NCBI GenBank assembly: GCA_951406725.2
Contig: OX597817.1
Coordinates: 150,288,001-150,352,000 of the forward strand
Direction of reading: 5' to 3'
DNA from: Octopus vulgaris
Lineage: Eukaryota
Length of the DNA stretch: 64,000 nucleotides
In this document: positions 53,428-64,000 of the stretch, piece by piece
Layout: every line of letters starts with the position of its first letter
Numbering within the stretch: the stretch's first letter is position 1
Made by a program: the position numbers and the translations under genes
Notes under the pieces: generated by a model
The model's input: only the letters and a program-made list of their open reading frames with translations
What the model was told of the DNA's origin: nothing
Database searches by the model: none

Positions 53428-54040
53428 ACTCTTTTTTGCTTGTTTCAGTCATTTGACTGCGGCCATGCTGGAGCACCGCCTTTAGTCGATCGAGCAAATC
53501 GACCCCAGGGCTTATTGTTTGTAAGCCTAGTACTTATTTTATCGGTCTCTTTTGCCGAACCGCTAAGTTACGGGGACGTAAACACACCAGCATCGGTTGT
53601 CAAGCGATGTTGGGGGACAAACAGACACACAAACACATATATATATACGACGGCGAGCTGGCAGAAACGTTAGCGCGCTGGGCGAAATGCTTAGCGGTAT
53701 TTCATCTGTCGTTACGTTCTGAGTTCAAATTCCGCCGAGGTCGACTTTGCCTTTCATCCTTTCGGGGTCGATAAATAAAGTACCAGTTTCGCACTGGGGT
53801 CGATGTAATCGACTTAATCCCTTTGTCTGTCCTTGTTTAGCCCCTTGTGGGTAGTAAAGAAATATATATATATACGACGGGCTTCTTTCAGTTTCCGTCT
53901 ACCAAATCCACGCACAAGGCTTTGATCGGCCCGAGGCTACAGTAGAAGACACTAGCCGAAGGTGCCACGCAGTGGGACTGAACCCGAAACCATGCGGTTG
54001 GTAAGCAAGCTACTTACCATACAGCCACTCCTACGCCTAT
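53428..54040 (-). mobile_element. SINE family A with SINE B (53649-53863, +) nested in its microsatellite
   Basis: atatatatacgacgg on both sides of the nested copy. Confidence 0.9.
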
Positions 54041-54292
54041 ATATATACATATTTTTAATATTCAATAGAAGCAACAGAGTGACTCAAAAGCCGACAGTTT
54101 CGTACATCAGCACTGATCAAACTAGTTACAGATGAAGGGGTTAAATATTTATATACCAGTGTATTTGTTTCAGAACTATCCAGAAAAATACCATTATCGC
54201 TGGTATATAAATTTATAACTTCTTGATTAGTAACTAGTTTGGTAGGTGCTAACGCTCGAAAATCTGTCCTTGAATCTCTCTGTTGCTTCCAG

Positions 54293-54632
54293 TAAAGGGT
54301 AAAGACCCCCTTCGGTCATGAATGACCATGGGATTGCACCTAGAAAGTTACCCTCCTAGACACAAGTCCGGGCAAGGTTGTTTATGGAAGGCTAGCAGTC
54401 GCCCATGCATACCAGCCTCCCCTCTCCACGCCACCAGTGTTATCCAAGTGAAAGACAAAGGTCGATACAGCTTGGCACCTGTGACGTCGCAACTCATTTC
54501 TACAGCTGAGTGAACTGGAGCAACGTGAAATAAAGTGCCTTGCTCGAGAACACAACACGCAGCCCGGTCCGGGATTCGAGCTCACAACCTCACGATCGTA
54601 AGCTCGACGCTCTAACCACTGAGCCATGCGCC
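54293..54632 (-). mobile_element. SINE family C
   Basis: Near-identical inverse of 6228-6561. Confidence 0.9.
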
Positions 54633-55039
54633 TTCACTAAGTAAACATCTAAAATATACACGCACACACCCAGAGACCTTTCACTTTCGATTACCAAATC
54701 CACTCACATGGTTTTGATCAACCCGAGGCTGTAGTAGAAGAGACTTGCCCAAAGTGCCTGCTGCGAAGAGGGGCTAAACCCGTGACCACATTGTTGGGAA
54801 GGTAATTAACCACATTGTGAGATGGTTTTAAGCGATTAGGTTCAGTTAATATATATAAAGGAAATATCACAATTTCTTTAAGTGGGATTCAAACTCAGTT
54901 TGCTAGTTACTTGTGCCAAGCTGTTTCTAATTAAATATGTAAATTAAGTAATTATATATTCAAATCTCAAACATACAAATTATAAACACTTTTTCAAATA
55001 ACATTCCGCAGTAAACTTTTACCATAAAACAAAACTACA

Positions 55040-55400
55040 TAGCGTGGGTGTGTCGTAAGAAGTTTGCTTCTCAACCACATGGTTCTTGGTTCAGTCCCAC
55101 TGCGTAGCACCTCAGGCAAGTATTTTCTGCTATGGGCTTGGGCTGACCAAAGACTTGTGAGTGGTTTTGGTAGACGGAAACTGAAAGAAGCCCGTCACAT
55201 ATATATATATATACATACACAGGTCTCTTTGTCCTCCACCATTGCTTGACAACTAGTTTTGAGTTTACGTGCCCGTAACTTAACGGTTCGGCAATAATGA
55301 CCAACAGGCTTAAAAAAAAAAACTGGGGTCCATTCATTCGACTAAAAATTCTTTAAGGTGCTGCCCCAGCCTGGTCGCGGTTTAATGATAAACAAGTTAA
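55040..55400 (+). mobile_element. SINE family A (other copies near 46625, 51060, 54675, 56030, 56670, 57230, 58130, 59340, 59530)
   Basis: Family A similarity. Confidence 0.8.
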
Positions 55401-58400
55401 ATTAATTTAAAAAATTATATGCAGCTATCTCTACATAACAGTATTGCAGCTAAATATCCTTGGGAATTTTCTTGTCTGCGGAGGCGCGTGGCTTAGTGAT
55501 TAGCGTAAGCGGCTGATGATCGTAAGGTCATGTGTTCTATTTCCAGCGGCGCACTGTATCCTTGAGCAAGACACTTTGCTCCAATCTACTCAGTTGACTA
55601 AAACGAATAGCGAAGACCTGTTATGGCATGTGAAGTCGTTGTCGTGGCCGATGACAGTACCGCCTGATTGGCACTTGTGCCAATGGAACGTAAAAAGCAC
55701 CATTCGAGGAAACTTTGCCAGATTGGATTGGAGACTGGTGCAGCCTTCTGGCTTGCCAGCCCTCAGTCAAACCGTCAAACCCATGCCAGCATGAAAAACG
55801 GATGTTAAACCATGACGATGATGATGATTTCAAAGGACCAGCATTGTTACATTCTCTGCGACATTGAATCTCCCTGAGAACTACGTGAAATGTATGCACG
55901 CATCGGCCACTTGCACGTTAATTTCACGAAGCCGTTCCGTTGATCTGATCAACTGAAACCCTCGTCGTCGTAACCGACGGAGTGCCGGTTTTAATTTTCC
56001 TATATAGCACTTTCGTTATTCAGAAAATCTGGCTGTGCGGTTAGGGAGCTTGCTTCCTAGCTACATGGTTTCGGGTTCAATCCCACCGCGTGGCACTTAG
56101 GGCAAGTGTCTTCTGCTATAGTCCCGGGTCAACCGAAGCTTTGTGATTGAATTCGGTAGACGGAAGTTACTGCCCTGTGTGTATATGTGCGTGTAGGTGC
56201 TTGTGCCTCACCGAAAGAGAGAGAGGGTTATTCAGAAAATCTATGAACACCAATGGAAAATCTGGCTTATTGCATTTTCCAAAATAGACAAACGACAAAT
56301 GTATCGATTCATTCTTAATACGTTTAGGTAGATTCAAACGTGAATAATCTGATCCCTGTTGTTTCTCGTTACCGGAGACCCTCCCCATTTTAGACGATCA
56401 TGTTCCAATCCTGCCAGAACGTATTAATAATAGACAGATACGTTACTGTTCAGATTATCGCCTTTCTACGTGCACGCCATGACTTACAAACAACCAAAGA
56501 ATTTAGCAAAATATGCCAGATGGTTCAAACCTACGTAATTTATAAATAAAACCATTTTTGAAAAACGACCTTATATCAATCGGTACAAAGATCATAGCTG
56601 CTGTACGTATAAATATACAAACATACATTCGTTGAATGTAGCACTCAAAAACTATTCCGCGTTTAATCTTCCATCTTTTACTGTCATTAGACTGCGGCCA
56701 TGCTGGGAACACCTCGAAGAATTTTTAGTCGAATGAATCGACTTTTATTTCTTTTAAGCCTAGTACTTATTCTATTATTCTTTAGCCGAACTACATTACG
56801 GGGACGTAAACACACTAACACCGGTTGTCATGAACGAAGACAAAAAGACACACACACACCACAGACCTCTTTGAGTTTCCGTCTCCCAAATCCACTCACA
56901 AGGCTTTGGTCACCCAAGGATATTAGAATATAAAACACTCGCCCAAGATATCACAAACCATGTGGTTGAAAAACAAATCTTCTTGCCACACAGGTTTTTT
57001 TTTATTATTCAAAATCTAAGACAGCTGACCAGTTCTTGTTTCCAATACACAGTATTGGGTATCTTTCATGAAAATACATATTTATAGAAGAAAAAAAAAA
57101 AAAAAACCCCGCAATAGGCCGTTGCATTCAAAGTAGCCAACAATGGTGAAGAATTACACAATCTGAGTAAGCGAAAAGAATTCGTTATGAGATCACTTTA
57201 GAATCTTCCAAAATAATTTAATTTCATTATTTACTCTTTTACTTGTTTCAGTCATTTAACTGTGGTCATACTGGGGCACCGCCTTTAGTCGATCAAAAGC
57301 CTAGTACCTATCTATCTGCCGAACCGCTAAGTTACGGGGACGTAAACACACCAGTTTCGGTTGTCAAGCGATGTTGGGGTGACAAACACAGACACACAAA
57401 CATATATATATCATCATCATCGTTTAACGTCCGTTCTCCATGCTAGCATGGGTTGGACAGTTCGACCGGGGATCTAGGAAGCCTGCACTAGGCTCCAGTC
57501 TTATCTGGCAATGTTTCTACAGCTGGATGCCCTTCCTAACGCCAACCACTGAGTGTAGTGGGTGCTTTTTACGTGCCACCTGCACAGGTGCCAAGCGAGG
57601 CTGGCAATGGCCACGGTCGGATTGGTGTATTTTACGTGCCACCGGCACGGAAGCCAGTCGAGGCGGCGCTGGCATCGGCCACGAGTCGGATAGTGCTTTT
57701 TACGTACCACCAGACCAGGGATCCTGGCTGGTTCAATTCGATTTCGATATATATATATACGAAGGGCGTCTTTCAGTTTCCGTCTACCAAATCCACAAAC
57801 ACCCGCACTCGAAATGTAGTTTGTTCAAGGAGATACAGCGTGACGAGGATGGCCCTACGAATAACAAGTGCAACTCATTTTCACCAGCTGAGCGCACTGG
57901 AGCAATGTGAAATAAAGTGTATTGCTCAAGGACATATGCTGCCGGAAATCGAACTCACAGTTTTAAGATCGTGAGCCGAGTACCAAAACCACTAAGCTAC
58001 ATGCCTTCACAATGTTCGACAGGAAAGCAGTTATAGCAGACAAATTTCCAGTTAAGAATGAAGGGGGAAAAAACCCTTAGAGAATTACTTTCGTCATTGC
58101 TACAGGATTTATTCGGGTGTCCTTAATCATGTTTTACTTGCTTCAGTTATTCAAAACGACTTATTCTTAAGTCTGGTATTTATTGTATGGATTTTTCTGA
58201 AACGTTAAGCTACGGAGTTTTGGAAAGTTATACCAACACACTGTCCACACACACGATGAGCTGCTTTCAATTTCCATCCACCAAATTCACTCACATGGCT
58301 TCGGAATGCCCAAGGATGGACAATTGGCCGAGGTCCCGCGCAGGTAGGACTAAATCTAAAACCGAAGTGAACTTGACCACACAGCCATGCCAGTGCCTAA

Positions 58401-58658
58401 GAATATTCTCGCAGGAGAAATTAGTAAAATCGATTTTAATATACAACACTTGGGTAAATTAAAATAATACATAACTTTTTAATTTAACAGCATTAAAAAA
58501 ACTGGTCATAATTCATAACTACTTTTCATACTGCATTTTTTTTTATGAAATTGAAATGTTGAAAATATTGAATAAAACATGACAATTGCAGACAGAAATT
58601 AATTAGATTTTAGATCAGTATACAGATTTTCAAAGAATGTTAGAAATTTTCCATATTT

Positions 58659-58713
<55 letters not shown>

Positions 58714-58851
58714 TTATTTGTAGGTTAACAAAGCAACCAATGGTTTCATGCAGTTAAATCTCTTAACACTTATCAAGCTTACTAACTCATTCAGCTCGAT
58801 ATTAGCATATATATATATATATTTTATTTAAAGGACACAATACGTCTTTAA

Positions 58852-58905
58852 GTGCTACTAATAGTTTCATATGTTGAGAAATATATCGAACATATTCATC
58901 AGGCC
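58852..58905 (-). ncRNA. Type I hammerhead ribozyme motif in the arm of a palindrome (58823-59068)
   Basis: gggc-CUGAUGA-AUAUGUU(13-nt loop)AACAUAU-GAA-ACU auu AGU-A/gcac. 7-bp stem II; stem I short with one mismatch. Confidence 0.6.
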
Positions 58906-60663
58906 CAAACCTATATGCTGCCTACTGTTTTTTTTTTTTCGTGTTTGTAATTCAATTTTTTTTTTAGTTCGTTATATGTGGTTTGTGCCTGATGAACATG
59001 TTAGATATTTTGTAACATAAAAAACTATTAGTAACACTCAAAGAAATTAATTGTGTCCTTTAAATAAATAATATTTATCTCACCAGGTGGAGTACTTTTC
59101 TTGTTGAATTTTCTATCACAGAAAGTACATTATATAATATATATTTATATCGCTTAAGCACTGCGATATTAATATCCTGGTTTAAAATGTATGTTTCTGG
59201 ACTGAGCGCTAATAAGAAGATCGGTTATTCTTTTGTCATCACTTTGTGTGTGTGTGTGTGTGTATGATAATTTTGTTTTTGTGTTATTGGCAAAATGGCC
59301 ATCCTGAGATAGAAAAAAAAAAAATATATATATGATAGAACCAAACCCACTAACAAGACTTTGATCAGCCCAGAGCTTATAGTAGAAGACACTTCTTGCC
59401 CAAGGTGCCATGTAGTGGAACAAAGCCTAAACTAAGCAATGGGGAAGCAAACTGTTTAATCATAGCCACACACACATTATATATGCGAAAGATACATTCT
59501 AACACACATCTCCATTTCACATGTATATAGATAGGTACAGGTGTGGCAAGGAGTTTTCTTTCCAACCACATGGTTTGAGGTTCAGTCCCACTGTGTGGCA
59601 CCTTGGGCAAATGTCTTCTACTACAGCAGCAGCAGGCTGACCGAAGCCTTGGGTGGGTTTGGAAGACGGAAACAAAGCTCGTCGCATGTGTATTGGTATG
59701 CGTGTGCATCTTTGTGCCTGTCTTCCACCATTACTAACCGGTATTGGTGTGTTAGAATAAATACCAATTCATTCGACTAAAAATATTTTTAAAGATGGTG
59801 TCCCACCATGGCTGCAATCATTTGACACAAAAGTAAAAGATTTTAAAAAAATAAAATTTAAAAAAAAAAGAGAGAGTTCAGTTTTGGACTATCTTAACTA
59901 ACCTCAAAATGGTCCAGAAACAAAATGCAAAACAGTAACACCAAAGTTTTACTATATTGGTTAGACATTGCTACAAAAACACATACCTTTAATCTTATGA
60001 CACAATTTTAATAAATTAAATGACATATACATTGCCATGTAAAAAGCACCCATTACCCTTTATAAAATGGTTGGCATTAGGAAAGGCATCTTGTCATAGA
60101 AACCATGCCACAACAGACAACTGGAGTATAGTGCAGATCTCTGCTTTGCCAGCTCCTGTCAAACCATCCAACCCATGCCAGCATGGTAAATGGACGTTAA
60201 ATAATGATATATAAATTGCATAAGTAATTTTTTTTGATACTTTCATTTTTAAGAAAATTCACAATCCCCTGGATCAAAAGCCACCGTACAAGATGAAACA
60301 AAAGGTTAAAAGAATCTTTCCTTAAACATCTACTCTATGATAACACATAACCAAAATCACCATCATCATCGTTTAACGTCCGCTTTCCATGCTGGCATGG
60401 GCTGGACGATTTGACCAAGGGCTCGCGAACCAGATGACTGCACCAGGCTTCAATCTTGATCTGGCAGAGTTTCTACAGCTGGATGCCCTTCCTAACGACA
60501 ACCACTCCGAGAGTGTAGTGGGTGCATTTACGTGCCAGTGAGGCGGTACTGGCAACGACAATGCACAAGTAAATGATTAGAAAGAGGTTGCTGTTTTCAT
60601 TTATCAGTCACCTCATTAAAACCAGTTAATTTTATTACACAAGTAATTGTTAACAGAAGACAT

Positions 60664-60893
60664 AAATACTATTGAACCTTGGGTGAGGCATTATGCCGGG
60701 AATAATAAACACATGCACTGGTTCGGTCCTTTATTGCTATTGTTAGTTAATCCACTAACAAATCTATCAATAAGCTGTTAGATTTGTTAGCGGAGTAACT
60801 AACCCATCAACTAACAATACTAATAAAGGACCGAACCAGTGCGTGTGTTTATTATTACTGGCATAATGCCCCTCCCAAGGTTCAATAGTATTT
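60664..60893. repeat. Long imperfect palindrome (MITE-like)
   Basis: aaatactattgaaccttggg...cactggttcggtcctttatt versus aataaaggaccgaaccagtg...cccaaggttcaatagtattt. Confidence 0.88.
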
Positions 60894-61710
60894 CATCCAA
60901 TACACAAATTCTCATCAAGAATCTTGCAAACCAAATACGAATACAAGTAATTCATAAAAAATAAACAAAAATGCAATTTACTTCTAAGTTTGTGCAAAAT
61001 AAATAAATAAATAAAGTAATTATGAATCGAGATGCAAGTATACCCAGAGACAAATGTAGTCAAGATCAAAAGCAGTTGTAATAATGACTATGGTCTCTTA
61101 TAGAGTGTCGGAGATTCCATTTTGAAACAAATGATGAAAGATAAAACAAGTTAGAAAGTGAAGCATGATCCAATTATTCTGAAGCATTTACTTATTCACT
61201 TTAGTAATTCAGTGAAGCCAAGTTTTATGGGTGTGGTGTTAACAATGAGGTTTACATTTCCTGTTATTGCTAGTTTCATTTATAATTATACTGCCTTCCC
61301 CATAGATGACTCTTAAGAAAAGTCAGAGCTTATTTATACATATACAAGATATATTTTTCTGACATTTTTCAGTTCCACCAAAATTGGTGTACACAAGTAC
61401 AGGAATCTGACCGGCTGCCATCAGTTTGTGCCAGTCACCAAGAATTGGGTGTTTTTAGACCCCAAAGAGCTGATTTCCTCCATAAAATCAGGATAACTGC
61501 AGCCCACCTGAGAAATGAGCCCCACGAAATGGAGTGACTGCTGCAGTGAGTGTCATTAGCCATTCTCCACAGCAACACCTTTGCAAATGTCTGCAAGGTG
61601 CAGCTAAATATGCCACTTATTCTGAAGTATACAACCTGCTACCCACCCCCTGCCCATCTGCTGCTTAATCTCCACCACACTTTTTCCTATATATATATAT
61701 ATATATTTAA

Positions 61711-62175
61711 TGCACATTACTTACATTTGACAGATATTTGTCCTCATCTTGTTTGTTAGCACAATGTTTTGGCTGATATACCCTCCAGCCTTCATCAGGT
61801 GTCTTGGGGAAATTTTGAACCTGGGTTCTCATTCCTAAGGTATTTTTCAATATTATTATTATTATTATTCAGGTCACTGCCTGGAATCGAACCCAGAATC
61901 TTAGGGTTAGTAGCCCACTCTCTAAACCACTACACCATATGTCCATGGGCATATAGTGTAGTGGTTAAGAGCGCGGGCTACTAACCCCAAGATTCTAAGT
62001 TCGATTCCAGGCAGTAACCTGAATAATAACAACAACATCGAAAAATACCTTAGAAATGAGAACCCAGGTTCAAAATTTCCCCAAGACACCTGATGAAGGC
62101 TGGAAGGTATATCAGCCAAAACATTGTGCTAACAAACAAGATGAAGACAAATATGTCAAATGAAAATAATGTACA
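61711..62175. mobile_element. Spacerless ~230-bp-arm palindrome: head-to-head tRNA-like promoters, each followed by a decayed minimal HHR
   Basis: Centre ccatgg at 61943-61948. The arm has tagtgtagtgg and gttcgattcc boxes, then gacac-CTGATGA-aggctg..cagcc-aaaacatt-gtgc (62085-62129). Confidence 0.85.
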
Positions 62176-62329
62176 TAATTCCTCATCTCTTAAATATAGA
62201 ACAGTAGTTTTAATGTGTTTACTTTCTTTTCTTCCTATTCAAATAATGTTATTAAAAACAAAGTTCAGTTTTATTGTTTAAAAAAAATATATACAAATAA
62301 ATACAATACACACACAAGAATTCTTTCAA

Positions 62330-62910
62330 ATTTTGGCACAAGGCTAGCAATCTTAGAGCAGAAGGACCCAATTACATCAACCCTAGTACTAAACTCGTAT
62401 CTATTTTATCGACCCTGAAAAGATGAAAGGTAAAGATTGAGCTCATCAGTATTTGAACTCACAACATAAAGAATCAGACTAAATGCTACTATGCATTTTG
62501 TTTGAAGTGCTAACAATTCTGCTAGCACACTGCCTTAATAATAATAATAATGGTTTTAAATTTCGGCACAAAGCCAGCAATTTCGAGGGGGAGGGTGTCC
62601 AATTACATCCACCTCAGTGCTCAACTAGTACTTTCTTTATCAACATCAAAAGAATGATAGGCAAAGCCAACTTTGGCAGGATTTGAACTCGGAATGCAAA
62701 GATGGACAAAATGTTGCTAAGTATTTTTGCCAGATCGCCTCAATAACAGCAGCAGCAGTAATAATTTTGGCACAACGCCCGGAATTTTGTAGGGAAGAGT
62801 TAAGTCGATTATAGCAACCCTAAAAGGACAAAAAGGAAAATTGGTCTTGGTGAATTCGAACCCAGAATATAAAGAGCTGGAAGCAAACTGTCACCAAGCA
62901 TTTTGTCTAT
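62330..62910 (-). mobile_element. Old, CpG-depleted SINE family B copies
   Basis: Decayed tcgaccctgaaaagatgaaagg...tttgaactc units. Confidence 0.7.
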
Positions 62911-63695
62911 AAGCTCACCACCTTAACAACAACAACAACAGGAGGGGGAAAAAAAAAAAAGGAAAATGTGAATGTGATAAACTTCATGTACAAGTGTTTT
63001 ATTAACATTTTAATTTTATCGTACTGTACCTGTATTAGTATGGTTTCCACTGCATACTAATTGAGAAGCAAGAGTTTAACTTTTTTTTTTTTTTTTTTTT
63101 TTAAGTGAGATTTCTCATTTTGAACTCAGCATACTCAACAAGAAATTTTATTCTCACATTCTGTCAATACTGTTTGTCATCATAAAAAAAAAAAATATAA
63201 ATAAAATTAGTCCAGTCCAGTTTTCTGCTCAAGCCTCGACCCACTCTATATTTAATAATGTCTATGTATGCACATTTTTTTCTTTTTTTTCATTGTGAAT
63301 TTTTTTGGAGCCTATGATGGGAAAGATGTGGTGTAGAGAGGACATTTTTCTCTCTCAATATTTTGTACTGTACAAAGGAGGAAAACGGTCTTCTTTTTAC
63401 ATTTCAAACTCACCCTCCACATTTTAGTTGAAAAGGTTAATTCAAAAAAAATTTTTTTTTGTAAATGTTAATAGCTATCTTAATAGTTTGAGATGAAATT
63501 AAAACCTGACCACTAAATAGCTGTTAACGTGTACCTTACAGAACAAATTAGCAAACACAATTAGCATTGTATTACAACTGTTGTTCATCAGGAAGAAAGA
63601 CAGAGGGAAGAAGAGAAAACCAAAGGTGGTTGTTACCATTAGAAGACAATGCCAAGTCAGAGGTGCTTAATGTTGGGGGAGAATTACTTTGTCCA

Positions 63696-63872
63696 TTATC
63701 TACTTAAACTATGTGACCTAGCACGTCCACCCAAATAGCAGGACTTTTTAAAAAATGGATCCTTCAAAGCTTCTTTTAGTGTTATTCGCGCCAGGGGATC
63801 ATATCGTAGCATCTTCCAAATCAAATCAAACAGAAGCACGTGGTCCTCATTGTTGGGCTCCATTATGTACCG
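63696..63872 (-). CDS. CLK2: Terminal coding exon of a LAMMER dual-specificity kinase (CLK/Doa family)
   Basis: Acceptor ttttttaatacag| then a phase-0 59-codon exon RYIMEPNNEDHVLLFDLIWKMLRYDPLARITLKEALKDPFF...RSHSLSR*. Kinase subdomain XI plus a CLK/Doa-type C-terminus; upstream exons lie beyond the window. Confidence 0.88.
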   Translation of the reverse strand, partial: RYIMEPNNEDHVLLFDLIWKMLRYDPLARITLKEALKDPFFKKSCYLGGRARSHSLSR

Positions 63873-64000
63873 CTGTATTAAAAAACGAAAAATAGACATC
63901 AATGTAAGTAAATAAACATATGACCATACAAGCAATTTTCTGAAAATATTATTATTGATTTTCAATATTTTGAAGGATGAAATAGAGACTACAAGAAAAG

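Noticed and set aside
63873-63965. N-terminal part of the 89-aa ORF
   Set aside because: It lies upstream of the splice acceptor and is intronic; only 63872-63696 matches the kinase.

Overview
AT-rich, microsatellite-dense eukaryotic DNA. The SINE families, (TA)n/(CA)n/(TATG)n tracts and RTE tails suggest an octopus or other coleoid cephalopod (inference). Only one host coding segment is well supported: the last exon of a LAMMER/CLK (Doa/CLK2-like) kinase on the minus strand (63872-63696). The rest is mostly mobile DNA: RTE and CR1-type LINE pieces, a Gypsy-like integrase relic, a decayed Penelope-like element (RT plus GIY-YIG), Helitrons, piggyBac/pogo/hAT-type MITEs and dozens of tRNA-derived SINEs. 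The most interesting signal is a set of hammerhead ribozyme (HHR) motifs in small non-coding elements, many of them palindromic. One complete type I HHR lies in a perfect 64-bp-arm palindrome (26439-26569). An extended type I HHR lies in a ~334-bp unit with direct-repeat ends (52098-52474, retrozyme-like). Others sit at 58852-58905 and in a head-to-head tRNA-promoter+HHR palindrome (61711-62175), alongside several decayed copies. All folds were worked out by eye and no activity is shown. Element boundaries are approximate unless termini are quoted.
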